DNA of 43,816 bases from the NCBI GenBank assembly GCA_001796935.1, contig MGNX01000108.1, positions 1 to 43,816 of the forward strand, read 5' to 3'. Each line of letters opens with the position of its first letter. Position 1 is the stretch's first letter. Source of the stretch: Chloroflexi bacterium RBG_16_60_22 (GTDB lineage: Bacteria; Chloroflexota; Dehalococcoidia; Dehalococcoidales; RBG-16-60-22). Below the pieces are notes generated by a model. The model did not search any database. It saw nothing but the letters and a program-made list of their open reading frames with translations, and had not been told where the DNA came from. The position numbers were made by a program, and so were the translations under genes. Below are positions 23,010-32,388 of this stretch, one piece after another.

Positions 23010-23038
23010 TTGACAACCGTTTCAAAAAAGGTTATTTT
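23010..23038 (+). promoter_or_regulatory. candidate sigma70-type promoter for the ABC transporter operon
   Basis: TTGACA (23010-23015), a 17-nt spacer, then TATTTT (23033-23038). A second candidate is TTGACA 23150-23155 with TATAAC/ATAACT at 23171-23177. Confidence 0.35.
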
Positions 23039-23240
23039 AAATAAGCTGCAATAATAAAGTTTGCATCAGTAAGGCAACTTTCTGATAAAGCGTTAAAGAG
23101 GGAGGTGATAAAAGAGAGATAAGACAGGATTTTTCGGCAGTACGCAGTCTTGACAGTCAAGGTAAGCAATTATAACTTCATCAAATTTTAAAACCAGGCT
23201 GGTGAGAGCGTATCCAGACAAAGAGAAAGGAGAGAACAAG

Positions 23241-24578
23241 GTGAAAAGACTATGGCACAAAGTGGCAGCGGTGGGGATTATCTTGGTCGTTCTGGTGTTG
23301 TCGTTGGCGGCATTGCCGTCCTGCAAGAGTGGCCCGCAAGCTCCAAGTGAAATTGTTCTGGGTACCACCATGGGGTTAACCGGCGCCGCGGCCGGTTTCA
23401 GTCAGGGCGGTGCCTTCGGCCTGAAGGCAGCCGTCGAGGACATTAACAAACTTGGCGGGGTCTACGTCAAGGAATACGATAAAAGGATACCTGTCAAGCT
23501 GGTAATCCTCGATAACGAGAGCGACCCGGCCAAGGCGGGAACGCTGGCGGAAGACTTATTGACCACCCAGAAGTCAGACTTCCTGGTTTCTCCCCCGCAA
23601 TGGCCTCAGATGATTGCCGCCATCGCCACCGCGGCCGAAAGACATAAGACGCCGTTCGTCGGCTTTGCCGGTCCCTTCGAGCCGAACCAGGCCCTGAGGG
23701 AATCGGCCGGACCCTGGAATTACACCTGGGAAAGCGGCTTCCATATCGGCGCTCCATTCACCCCGGGCGATTTCAGGAATGTACCCGGATATACCATGAT
23801 GGACGTGTGGTGGGGCTTCCTTGATAAGTACGGCGGCCAGACCAACAAGAAAGTGGGCGCCTTCGCCTCGGATGACCCGGATGGACGCGGCTGGTACGGT
23901 GCCTTCACGCCGGCACTGCAGGGCAAGGGCTACACGGTTCTGGGTGCCGATAAGGAACTGGGTATCGCCCCCCTGGATACCACCGACTTCACGCCCATGA
24001 TAAAACAGTGGAAAGATAATAACGCTGAATTGCTTGTTGGCAACGCCCCTGCCCCCTGGTTCGGGACGTTGTGGCGGCAGGCCCAGACACAGGGCTACCG
24101 GCCCAAGGTTGTCATCGCGGAAAAAGCCGCCATGCTGTATTCCGATGTCACCGCCTGGGGCGGCGACCTCCCCTGGGGTATCGCGGCCCTGGTCGAGTGG
24201 GTTCCCACCATTAAAGCCCCGGGCATCGGCGATACGACCCCCGTATCGCTCGACGAGCGATGGAAGGCCGCGACCGGCCTGCCGACGCATCAGCTTGTTG
24301 GTTCTGGCTACTGTCAGGTTCAAATCATAATTGACGCCATTGAAAAAGCCGGCACTCTCAACAAGGATGCGGTTAATGCCGCTCTAGCCCAGGTTGACCT
24401 CATGACCATTCGCGGCCGGGCCAAGTATGACCAGTTCCAGTTCAGCGGGTTCCCCATCGCCCTCGGCCAGTGGTTCAAGGTGGACACTGCGGCGAAATGG
24501 GACTTCAAGGTTATTTCCTCCTCGCACGACTTCTATCCCGCGACGGCTGAACCGATGTACCCCATGCCTTATAAGTAA
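23241..24578 (+). CDS. ABC transporter substrate-binding lipoprotein (HAAT / LivJ-like, Peripla_BP_6-type)
   Basis: The track ORF is trimmed to GTG 23241, where AAGGAGAG lies 6 nt upstream. Result is 445 aa. Signal peptide with lipobox LAALPSC. Family block GLTGAAAGFSQGGAFGLKAAVEDINKLGGV...VILDNESDPAKA. Confidence 0.8.
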   Translation: MKRLWHKVAAVGIILVVLVLSLAALPSCKSGPQAPSEIVLGTTMGLTGAAAGFSQGGAFGLKAAVEDINKLGGVYVKEYDKRIPVKLVILDNESDPAKAGTLAEDLLTTQKSDFLVSPPQWPQMIAAIATAAERHKTPFVGFAGPFEPNQALRESAGPWNYTWESGFHIGAPFTPGDFRNVPGYTMMDVWWGFLDKYGGQTNKKVGAFASDDPDGRGWYGAFTPALQGKGYTVLGADKELGIAPLDTTDFTPMIKQWKDNNAELLVGNAPAPWFGTLWRQAQTQGYRPKVVIAEKAAMLYSDVTAWGGDLPWGIAALVEWVPTIKAPGIGDTTPVSLDERWKAATGLPTHQLVGSGYCQVQIIIDAIEKAGTLNKDAVNAALAQVDLMTIRGRAKYDQFQFSGFPIALGQWFKVDTAAKWDFKVISSSHDFYPATAEPMYPMPYK

Positions 24579-24598
24579 TGTCCAGGTAGCACAGAATA

Positions 24599-24633
24599 GG
24601 GTGGGGCTCGGGCCCCGGTTCCGAGCCCTACCC
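24599..24633 (+). terminator. strong intra-operon stem-loop after the receptor gene (attenuator / mRNA-stabilising hairpin)
   Basis: GGGTGGGGCTCGG (24599-24611) pairs with CCGAGCCCTACCC (24621-24633). This is a 13-bp stem with one G-U and a 9-nt loop. There is no clear U-tract, so it is probably a partial terminator or processing site. Confidence 0.5.
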
Positions 24634-24775
24634 TGTAATTCTAAAACTGAAAGCTCGCTGCAAGTAATCAGGCGGCAATACGCGTTAACCTTAACTGAAG
24701 TTGTTGCTTAATTATTCATAGAAGGCACGGAATTTCCCGGGGCTTTTATTGTCCTGGCCAGCAAGAGGCAAGAGA

Positions 24776-25501
<726 letters not shown>

Positions 25502-25552
25502 ACCGGCCACGCGGCACAGGTTAAAACTATCAGGGAAAGGCAGAGCCACAAG

Positions 25553-26272
25553 ATGCCGGAAGAACCGCTGTTGAAGGTAAGCGATATCAACGTTTTTTAC
25601 GGGGGACTGCAGGCCCTCTGGGAAATATCCCTGACCGTTAATACCGGGGAAATCGTCGCCATTATCGGTGCCAACGGGGCCGGCAAGTCCACCCTGCTCA
25701 ATACTATCGCCGGTGTCATCCACCCGGCCAGGGGCAGCATCGAATTTGAGGGTAGAAGGATTAATACCCTGGAGCCTTTTCATATCGTGTCGCGGGGTGT
25801 CTGCCTCGTCCCTGAGGCGGGAAGGACTTTCCCCAACATGACGGTACGGGAAAACCTGAACATCGGCTCCTATAACAGCCAGGCCCGTGGTAAAAAAATG
25901 CAAAACCTGGAGCTGGTCTACGAGCACCTTCCCGTTCTGAAAGAACGACAAAACCAGCTGGCCAAGACCCTGAGCGGGGGGGAAAGGCAGATGCTGGCGA
26001 TTGGCCGCGGCCTGATGTCCGACCCGAAGCTCATGCTCTTTGACGAGCTGTCCCTCGGGCTCAGCCCGATAATCATCAACGAGCTTTACCGGGTCCTGAG
26101 GGAAATCCGGGCCCGGGGTATTACCGTCATTCTGGTCGAGCAAAACGTGAGGCGAAGTCTCAAGGAAGCCGACCGGGCCTATATCCTGGAATGCGGGCGG
26201 GTGGTATTGAGCGGCAACGTGGCCGAGCTGCGCGAGGAAGAGAAGGTGCAAAAAGCCTACTTTGGCACCTGA
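25553..26272 (+). CDS. ABC transporter ATP-binding protein (LivF-like)
   Basis: 239-aa ORF with Walker A GANGAGKST, signature LSGGERQML and Walker B LMLFDE. Confidence 0.9.
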   Translation: MPEEPLLKVSDINVFYGGLQALWEISLTVNTGEIVAIIGANGAGKSTLLNTIAGVIHPARGSIEFEGRRINTLEPFHIVSRGVCLVPEAGRTFPNMTVRENLNIGSYNSQARGKKMQNLELVYEHLPVLKERQNQLAKTLSGGERQMLAIGRGLMSDPKLMLFDELSLGLSPIIINELYRVLREIRARGITVILVEQNVRRSLKEADRAYILECGRVVLSGNVAELREEEKVQKAYFGT

Positions 26273-26295
26273 AGTCGATGAGAATGGGTATATAG

Positions 26296-27162
26296 ATGAA
26301 TCTTTTACTTGACTTATCCACTCCCATCGTCATGGGTATATTGCTGGGCGGCCTGTACTCCCTGGTGGCCCTGGGTCTCTCCCTGGTCTTCGGGGTCATG
26401 AAGCTGATAAACGTGGCCCACGGCGACCTGGTCCTGATGAGCACCTACCTGGCCTTTAGCATGATGACCTCCTTCGGACTGGACCCCATTCTCAGCCTGG
26501 TCATCGGGATGCCGGTAATGTTCGTCATCGGGTTCGCCATTCAGAGGTACCTGCTCAACCGCGCTTTTAAAATATCCATGGAAGCTCCCCTGATTATCGC
26601 CTTCGGGATTTCCATTATCCTCCAGAATTTCTACCAGATAGTCTGGACGCCGCTGTCCCGTGGCTTGACCCCCTCTTACGCGATGCTCAGTTTCAGCATC
26701 GGCGGACTTAACGTCCCGCTGGTATACGGGCTTGATTTTGCGGTCTCCCTGATAGTGATGCTGGCCCTCCGCGAATTCATGAAGAGGACTTACGTGGGCC
26801 AGGCCATTAACGCCGCCTCCCAGGACCGCGGCGCGGCCCAGCTGATGGGCATCAACGCCAACCGCGTTTACGCGTTCGCCTTTGCCATTGCCATGGTCCT
26901 GGCTGCCATCGCCGGTGTCTTTCTCGGGCTAACTTTCCCGTTTACGCCGCAGTCGGGCGTCTCTTTCCTCATCATCGCCTTCGGCGTCGTAGTGCTGGGC
27001 GGCCTGGGCAGCATCGCGGGGACATTCATCGGCGGCCTGGTCATGGGGCTGGCCCAGACTCTCGGCGGCTATTTCATCGGTACCGGCGCCCAGATGTTCG
27101 TCGCCTATCTTATCGTCTTTATCGTATTAGGAGTACGGCCGCAGGGCATCTTCGGCCGTTAG
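26296..27162 (+). CDS. branched-chain-amino-acid-type ABC permease (LivH-like)
   Basis: 288-aa polytopic ORF. LivH-like N-terminus (GGLYSLVALGLSLVFGVMKLINVAHGD) and C-terminus (GGLGSIAGTFIGG). Confidence 0.85.
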   Translation: MNLLLDLSTPIVMGILLGGLYSLVALGLSLVFGVMKLINVAHGDLVLMSTYLAFSMMTSFGLDPILSLVIGMPVMFVIGFAIQRYLLNRAFKISMEAPLIIAFGISIILQNFYQIVWTPLSRGLTPSYAMLSFSIGGLNVPLVYGLDFAVSLIVMLALREFMKRTYVGQAINAASQDRGAAQLMGINANRVYAFAFAIAMVLAAIAGVFLGLTFPFTPQSGVSFLIIAFGVVVLGGLGSIAGTFIGGLVMGLAQTLGGYFIGTGAQMFVAYLIVFIVLGVRPQGIFGR

Positions 27163-27169
27163 GAGGCAA

Positions 27170-28153
27170 GTGAAGGTAAATCCGTTCCGGTTAAGAGGGG
27201 GCCTGGCACCGCTGCTGATAGCCACCGTGCTGCTGGCGCTGTTCCCGCTCATCGGGGTGCCTCAAAACTGGCTGCTTTACCTCTTCCTCTTTTTTATCTA
27301 CCTGGCCCTGGCCAACATGTGGAACTGGCTGGCCGGCTACTGCGGCCTGATATCCCTGTGCCAGCCGGCTTTTATCGGGATTGGCGGGTACACCCTGGCC
27401 TTGATGACCTGGGTCGGGCTGCCTATCTGGCAGGGACTGATTGCCGGGGCCATCATCGCCGCCCTGTTTGCCGTAATCATATCGATACCCGTCTTCCGGC
27501 TCAGCGGTATCTACTTCGCGGTGGGCACTTTAATCGTACCGGAACTGCTGAGGCTTTTCTTTCTCAACTGGCGACCGGTCGGAGGATTGCTGTACGGCAA
27601 GGGCGCCGGCTATGCGGTGAAGGGGGCCACGACGATTCCCGCCACGGATATCTACTGGCTGACGCTTATTATCTGCATCGGCTCGGTGCTGATGATGCGC
27701 TTTATCCTGCGCTCCAACCTGGGACTGGGGCTGGCGGCCATCCGGGATAATGCCAGCAGCGCGGCCAGTTCCGGGATAAACGTCTTCAAACTGAAATTCT
27801 ACTCCTTCGTCGGCAGCGCCGCCATCACCGGACTGGCCGGGGCCGCCTTCTATATCCAGCAGGGGTTCATTGAGCCGACCAGCGCCTTCAACGTCAGGTG
27901 GACCATGGTCTTGATGCTGGCTACCGTCATCGGGGGGGTACGCCTGGAAGAGGGCCCGGCGGTCGGTGCCATTATCGTCGTTTTTCTGCACTTCCTGCTG
28001 GCCAGGTACGGCGGAGTCAGTCTCCTCATTCAGGGCGTCATCCTGGTCTTCATCATGCTGATAGCACCGCAGGGTATCATGGGCTCGGTGCGCCGCGCTC
28101 TGTCCCACCGGACTCCCCACCTCCGGCGACAGCCTGCCCGGACCAGGGGGTGA
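27170..28153 (+). CDS. branched-chain-amino-acid-type ABC permease (LivM-like)
   Basis: 327-aa polytopic ORF with the block GYCGLISLCQPAFIGIGGYT. The GTG start is only 3 nt after AGGAGG, so the start is uncertain. Confidence 0.8.
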   Translation: MKVNPFRLRGGLAPLLIATVLLALFPLIGVPQNWLLYLFLFFIYLALANMWNWLAGYCGLISLCQPAFIGIGGYTLALMTWVGLPIWQGLIAGAIIAALFAVIISIPVFRLSGIYFAVGTLIVPELLRLFFLNWRPVGGLLYGKGAGYAVKGATTIPATDIYWLTLIICIGSVLMMRFILRSNLGLGLAAIRDNASSAASSGINVFKLKFYSFVGSAAITGLAGAAFYIQQGFIEPTSAFNVRWTMVLMLATVIGGVRLEEGPAVGAIIVVFLHFLLARYGGVSLLIQGVILVFIMLIAPQGIMGSVRRALSHRTPHLRRQPARTRG

Positions 28154-28184
28154 GCCAGCCGCCCGGCTTCCCCGGCTCGTTTCC

Positions 28185-28850
28185 TTAGTGGAAGCCGTAC
28201 CAGGTGACGACGGAATCCATCGAATCCCGTGTGGAGCGGCGCTCGTTACGGGGGGCCTTCCAGTCCGGATAGCCGATGGCGATGCCCATCGCGATGAGCT
28301 TGGACTCGGGGATTCCCGTTGCCTTGCGGACAATATCCGGGTAGGTGACCGCCTGTGCCTGGACCACCGTGGCCAGTCCTTCGTTGACGGCCGCCAGCAT
28401 GAGGTTCTCACAGGCCAGACCGCAGTCGTAAATCGACCATACGTTAATCCCTTTGCTCTGGTAGAAGAAGTCCCTCCCGACGAGGAGATAAATCACGGCC
28501 GGGGCGCCGTAGTGTGTAAAGTTCACCAGGATGCGTTGCTCCCGCTCTTCCTGGGTCAGCTCCGGCCGGCCAGGGTTAAGGGCGCTGATACGGTTGATGT
28601 AGGGCTCCGGGAACTCGTAGGGTCGGGCGATGTCCGGGGTGGGGTTTTTCACCCCCCGGGCCATGAACCCGTCCTGTATCGCCTTGAGGGGCTTTCCGGT
28701 GACTACGGCGAATTCCCAGGGCTGGGTGTTGGCCCAGGACGGGGCTTTCAACGCCTGCTCTATTACCTTCTTCAGTACCGCATTGGGGATGGGGTCGGGC
28801 TTGAAGGCCCGGCACGCCCGGCGCTCCCGGATGGCATCAAGAATGTCCAT
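28185..28850 (-). CDS. nitroreductase-family flavoprotein
   Basis: 221-aa ORF with RRACRAFKPDPIP and APSWANTQPWEF motifs. SD AAGGAGGAG lies 6 nt upstream of ATG 28850. Confidence 0.85.
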   Translation of the reverse strand: MDILDAIRERRACRAFKPDPIPNAVLKKVIEQALKAPSWANTQPWEFAVVTGKPLKAIQDGFMARGVKNPTPDIARPYEFPEPYINRISALNPGRPELTQEEREQRILVNFTHYGAPAVIYLLVGRDFFYQSKGINVWSIYDCGLACENLMLAAVNEGLATVVQAQAVTYPDIVRKATGIPESKLIAMGIAIGYPDWKAPRNERRSTRDSMDSVVTWYGFH

Positions 28851-28902
28851 TAACTGCTCCTCCTTAAGTCTTTCACGGCTGTCAGCGTACCGTTCTGGTT
28901 AA

Positions 28903-28932
28903 ATTATCCCTGCTGCCGCCAGGGCAAGTCAA
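28903..28932 (-). promoter_or_regulatory. candidate sigma70-type promoter for the nitroreductase gene
   Basis: Minus strand reads TTGACT (28932-28927), an 18-nt spacer, then GATAAT (28908-28903). Confidence 0.45.
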
Positions 28933-28934
28933 GT

Positions 28935-28964
28935 TTGCCAATGACGTTCGTTAGCGTGTAAAAT
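28935..28964 (+). promoter_or_regulatory. candidate sigma70-type promoter for the IorA-fusion/IorB genes
   Basis: TTGCCA (28935-28940), an 18-nt spacer, then TAAAAT (28959-28964). Sits back-to-back with the nitroreductase promoter. Confidence 0.5.
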
Positions 28965-29064
28965 AAAAATGAAAGTCAGCTTCCCGCCATCGTTAGAGAG
29001 ACCGTCCGCCGCGTTACCTGTAAATCAATCGCCTTCAGGGTGGCGTGACGTCAGGAGGAGCGTA

Positions 29065-32000
29065 TTGAGCAAAGTCGCTGAAATAACGATTACCTCCGAT
29101 GCCCCCGGCGCCCGACTCTTCATGCTGGGCAATGAGGCCATCGCCCGGGGGGCCATCGAGGCCGGTGTCCAGGTGGTGGCTTCCTACCCCGGCACGCCTT
29201 CCAGTGAAATCACCGAGGCCCTGGTGGGCATGGCCGACAGGATGGGCTTCTACGCCGAGTGGTCGGTAAACGAGAAGGTGGCCATGGAGGTGGCCATGGC
29301 CGCTTCTATCTCCGGGCTGAAGTCCCTGGCGATAATGAAGCACGTGGGCGTCAACGTGGCCCACGACCCGTTGATGTCGGCCAGCTACATGGGTGCCCGC
29401 GGAGGCCTGGTGCTGATTTCCGCCGACGACCCCGGCCAGTGGAGCTCCCAGAATGAGCAGGACAACCGCTACATCGCCCGGCAGGCCTATATACCGGTGC
29501 TGGAGCCGTCCTCCGCCCAGGAGGCCAAGGACATGATGGCCAACGCCTTCCGCCTCTCCGAGGAGTTCAACCAGATGTTCATGTTGCGCTCGGTGACCCG
29601 CCTGGGCCACGGCCGCAGCGATATCGTTTTCGGGGAGATTGAGCGGGAGAAACGGGCGGGGAAGTTCGTCAAGGACCCCGGCCGGCTCGTCTGCCTGCCG
29701 GCGAATTTCCGCAACAACCGCCGCCTGGTGGTGGCGCGGATGGAAAAAATCCGGCAGGCGGTGGATGCCTGGCCCTATAACCGCCTGACGCTGAAGAAAA
29801 ACGCGAAGCTGGGCATCATCGCCACCGGCATTGCTTACGGCTACGCCATCGAGGCTGTCCAGTGGCTCGGGCTCGAGGACAAGGTATCGGTGCTGAAGGT
29901 CGGCACACCGTACCCGCTGCCCGCGGAGCTGACGAAGCAGATGCTTAAGGCGGTGCCGGAGGTCCTGGTGGTGGAGGAGCTGGAGCCCTTCGTGGAGGAA
30001 GCCGTCAAGGTAGTCGCCAAGGACGCCGGCCTCACCACGAAAGTCCACGGCAAGGATATGCTGTCAGTGGTCGGGGAGCTTTCCACCCGGCAGGTCTCCG
30101 AGGCGCTTTCAAAGCTGACCGGGGCCTTGCCGCCGGTGGACTTCGCTATGCTGGACAGGATAAAGGCGGAGACGCAGTCCCTGCTGCCCCTGCGTCCCCC
30201 CACCATGTGCGCCGGGTGTCCCCACCGGGCCACCGCCTATGCTATCAACATCGCCTGCCGGCGCTACCAGCAGGAGACCGGCCGGGAGCCGGTCAAGACG
30301 GGTGACATCGGCTGCTACGCCCTGGCGGCTAACCCGCCGCTCAACTCGGACGACGTCGCCGTCTGCATGGGTGGCGCTTTCGGGCTGGCCAACGGCTTTG
30401 CCCACGTGGTGGATGCCCCGGTGGTGGCCCATCTCGGCGACTCCACCTTTTTCCACTCCGGCATCCCCCCGATGATTAACGCCGTTTACAACAAGTCCCG
30501 GGTGACGATGGTGGTGATGGATAACGCCACCACCGGCATGACCGGATTTCAGCCCCACCCCGGCGCCTCGGGGGATGTCTCCGTGGACATCAAGATTGAG
30601 GACATCGCCCGGGCCAGCGGCGTGAAGTTCGTCGAGGTGGTGGACTCCTTCGACCTGCCGAAGCTTATCGAGACGCTGGATAAAGCCCTGAGGTTCGACG
30701 GGCCTTCGGTCATCGTCGCCCGCCGGCTTTGCGGTATCCTGGACCAGCGGGAGAAGCGGAAGCAGGGCGTTAAGACTGTCCCCTGGGAGGTAGAGGAAGA
30801 GAAATGCCTGGCCGGCGCTCCGCCGTACTGCCAGGCCACCTGCCCCCTGCACATCGATATCCGCGGCTATACCCGCCTGATTAAGGAGGGCAAATTCAAC
30901 GAGGCGCTGGCCATCATCAAGCAGACTTTGCCCTTCCCCGCCATCATCGGGCGCATCTGCACCCGCCCCTGCGAGGCCAGGTGCCAGCGGGCGGAGGTGG
31001 AGGAGGCCATCGCCATCAATGCCCTCAAGCGGGCGGCGTCCGACTTCGGTAAATATAAAGAAGGCTACTCCGTCAAGGCGGAGAAGAAGGAAAAAGTAGC
31101 CATCGTGGGCGGCGGTCCGGCCGGCATCATGGCCGCCTACGATTTGCGCAAGGCCGGCTATAAAGTGACCATCTTCGAAGCCCTCCCCAGGCTGGGTGGC
31201 ATGATGGCGGTGGGCATACCCGAGTTCCGCCTCCCCCGGGACATCCTGGACAAAGAGACGGCCATCATCAAGAAGCTGGGCGTGGAGATAAAGCTGAATA
31301 CCAGGGTGGGGAAGGACGTCAAAATGTCCGACCTCAAGAAAGACTACCACGCCGTGTTCATCGCCGTGGGCGCCCATAGAGGCCGGAACCTCGGCATCGA
31401 GAACGAGAAAGCCCCGGGCGTCATCGACGGCACCGAGTTCCTCCTCAAGGTGAACACCGGCCAGAAGGTAGCCGTACCGGACAGGGTGGCGGTGGTGGGG
31501 GGCGGCAACGTGGCCATCGACTGCGCCCGGACCGGCGTGCGGCTGGGCTGCCCTGATGTCACCATCGTTTACCGGCGCTCCCGGGCGGAGATGCCGGCCA
31601 TCGCCGAGGAGATAGCCGGGGCCGAGAGCGAGGGCGTGAAAATAAGGCTGCTGGCCGGCCCGAACAAGGTTGTTCTTAAAGGTAACAAAGTGTCCGGGCT
31701 GGAGTGTATCAAGATGAAGCTGGGCGAGCCGGACAAGAGCGGGCGGCGCCGCCCGGTGCCGGTAGCCGGCTCGGAGTTCACCGTGGCGGCCGACCTGATA
31801 ATCGCCGCCGTCGGCGAAGAGCCGGACCTGGCTTTGATGACCGGGGACATGACCAAAGCGGTCAAGGACGGACTGGTCAAGGCCGACCCCCTGACGCTGG
31901 AGACCGGCATCCCCGGCGTGTTCGCCGGCGGCGACGCCGTGACCGGACCGGCCACGGTCATCCAGGCGATGGCGGCGGGACGGAAAGCGGCCGTGTCCAT

Positions 32001-32388
32001 CGACCGTTTCCTCAAGGGCGAGCAACTGGACACCGGCCGGGAAGGGGAGGCCGTCTTCGAGAGCAAGCTTATCGTCGATACGTTCGGCATTACCCCGGAG
32101 TCCCGGCTGGACATGCCCCTGCTGCCGGTGGCGCAGCGGCGCGGCAACTTCCGGGAGGTGGAGCTGGGGTTAAGCCAGGAGGAAGCGGTGCGGGAGGCAA
32201 AGCGCTGCCTTTCCTGCGACTGCCATATCTGCATCGATTTGACGGGCTGTCCCGCCCTGATTACGGAGGACGACAGGGTAAAGATAGACCAGGAGAGCTG
32301 TCCCGGCTGCGGGGTCTGCGCCCAGGTCTGCCCGCACGACGCAATCTTTTTACCGGGAGCGAAAGATGGCCGCGACGAAAGAGCTTAA
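29065..32388 (+). CDS. fusion protein: indolepyruvate/2-oxoacid:ferredoxin oxidoreductase alpha (IorA-like, TPP) + GltD-like FAD/NAD(P)H oxidoreductase module + C-terminal 2x[4Fe-4S] domain
   Basis: The track ORF is trimmed to TTG 29065, where AGGAGG lies 6 nt upstream; the ATG at 28969 lies 5 nt after the predicted -10. Result is 1107 aa. The IorA-like N-terminus is MLGNEAIARGAIEAGVQVVASYPGTPSSEI. The TPP block is GDIGCY...GDSTFFHSG. The GltD-like module (about 30790-32020) contains CLAGAPPYCQATCPLHIDIRGY...GRICTRPCEARC, VAIVGGGPAGIMAAYDL, VAVVGGGNVAIDCA and GVFAGGDAV. It ends with CLSCDCHICIDLTGCP...CPGCGVCAQVCP. Confidence 0.8.
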   Translation: MSKVAEITITSDAPGARLFMLGNEAIARGAIEAGVQVVASYPGTPSSEITEALVGMADRMGFYAEWSVNEKVAMEVAMAASISGLKSLAIMKHVGVNVAHDPLMSASYMGARGGLVLISADDPGQWSSQNEQDNRYIARQAYIPVLEPSSAQEAKDMMANAFRLSEEFNQMFMLRSVTRLGHGRSDIVFGEIEREKRAGKFVKDPGRLVCLPANFRNNRRLVVARMEKIRQAVDAWPYNRLTLKKNAKLGIIATGIAYGYAIEAVQWLGLEDKVSVLKVGTPYPLPAELTKQMLKAVPEVLVVEELEPFVEEAVKVVAKDAGLTTKVHGKDMLSVVGELSTRQVSEALSKLTGALPPVDFAMLDRIKAETQSLLPLRPPTMCAGCPHRATAYAINIACRRYQQETGREPVKTGDIGCYALAANPPLNSDDVAVCMGGAFGLANGFAHVVDAPVVAHLGDSTFFHSGIPPMINAVYNKSRVTMVVMDNATTGMTGFQPHPGASGDVSVDIKIEDIARASGVKFVEVVDSFDLPKLIETLDKALRFDGPSVIVARRLCGILDQREKRKQGVKTVPWEVEEEKCLAGAPPYCQATCPLHIDIRGYTRLIKEGKFNEALAIIKQTLPFPAIIGRICTRPCEARCQRAEVEEAIAINALKRAASDFGKYKEGYSVKAEKKEKVAIVGGGPAGIMAAYDLRKAGYKVTIFEALPRLGGMMAVGIPEFRLPRDILDKETAIIKKLGVEIKLNTRVGKDVKMSDLKKDYHAVFIAVGAHRGRNLGIENEKAPGVIDGTEFLLKVNTGQKVAVPDRVAVVGGGNVAIDCARTGVRLGCPDVTIVYRRSRAEMPAIAEEIAGAESEGVKIRLLAGPNKVVLKGNKVSGLECIKMKLGEPDKSGRRRPVPVAGSEFTVAADLIIAAVGEEPDLALMTGDMTKAVKDGLVKADPLTLETGIPGVFAGGDAVTGPATVIQAMAAGRKAAVSIDRFLKGEQLDTGREGEAVFESKLIVDTFGITPESRLDMPLLPVAQRRGNFREVELGLSQEEAVREAKRCLSCDCHICIDLTGCPALITEDDRVKIDQESCPGCGVCAQVCPHDAIFLPGAKDGRDERA

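Noticed and set aside
23093-23371. A 92-aa minus-strand ORF in the ABC operon leader.
   Set aside because: It overlaps the receptor signal-peptide coding region and the promoter/leader. It has no SD and no motif.
28188-28853. A 221-aa plus-strand ORF that mirrors the nitroreductase gene almost base for base (same length, offset 3 nt).
   Set aside because: The minus-strand product has the RRACRAF and APSWANTQPW nitroreductase motifs and a perfect SD. The plus-strand product has no motifs and a shadow-frame composition.
28969-29064. The upstream ATG start of the IorA-fusion ORF (MKVSFPPSLERPSAALPVNQ...).
   Set aside because: It starts 5 nt after the predicted -10 and has no SD. The extra 32 residues have no counterpart in IorA proteins. 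TTG 29065 has AGGAGG at 6 nt.
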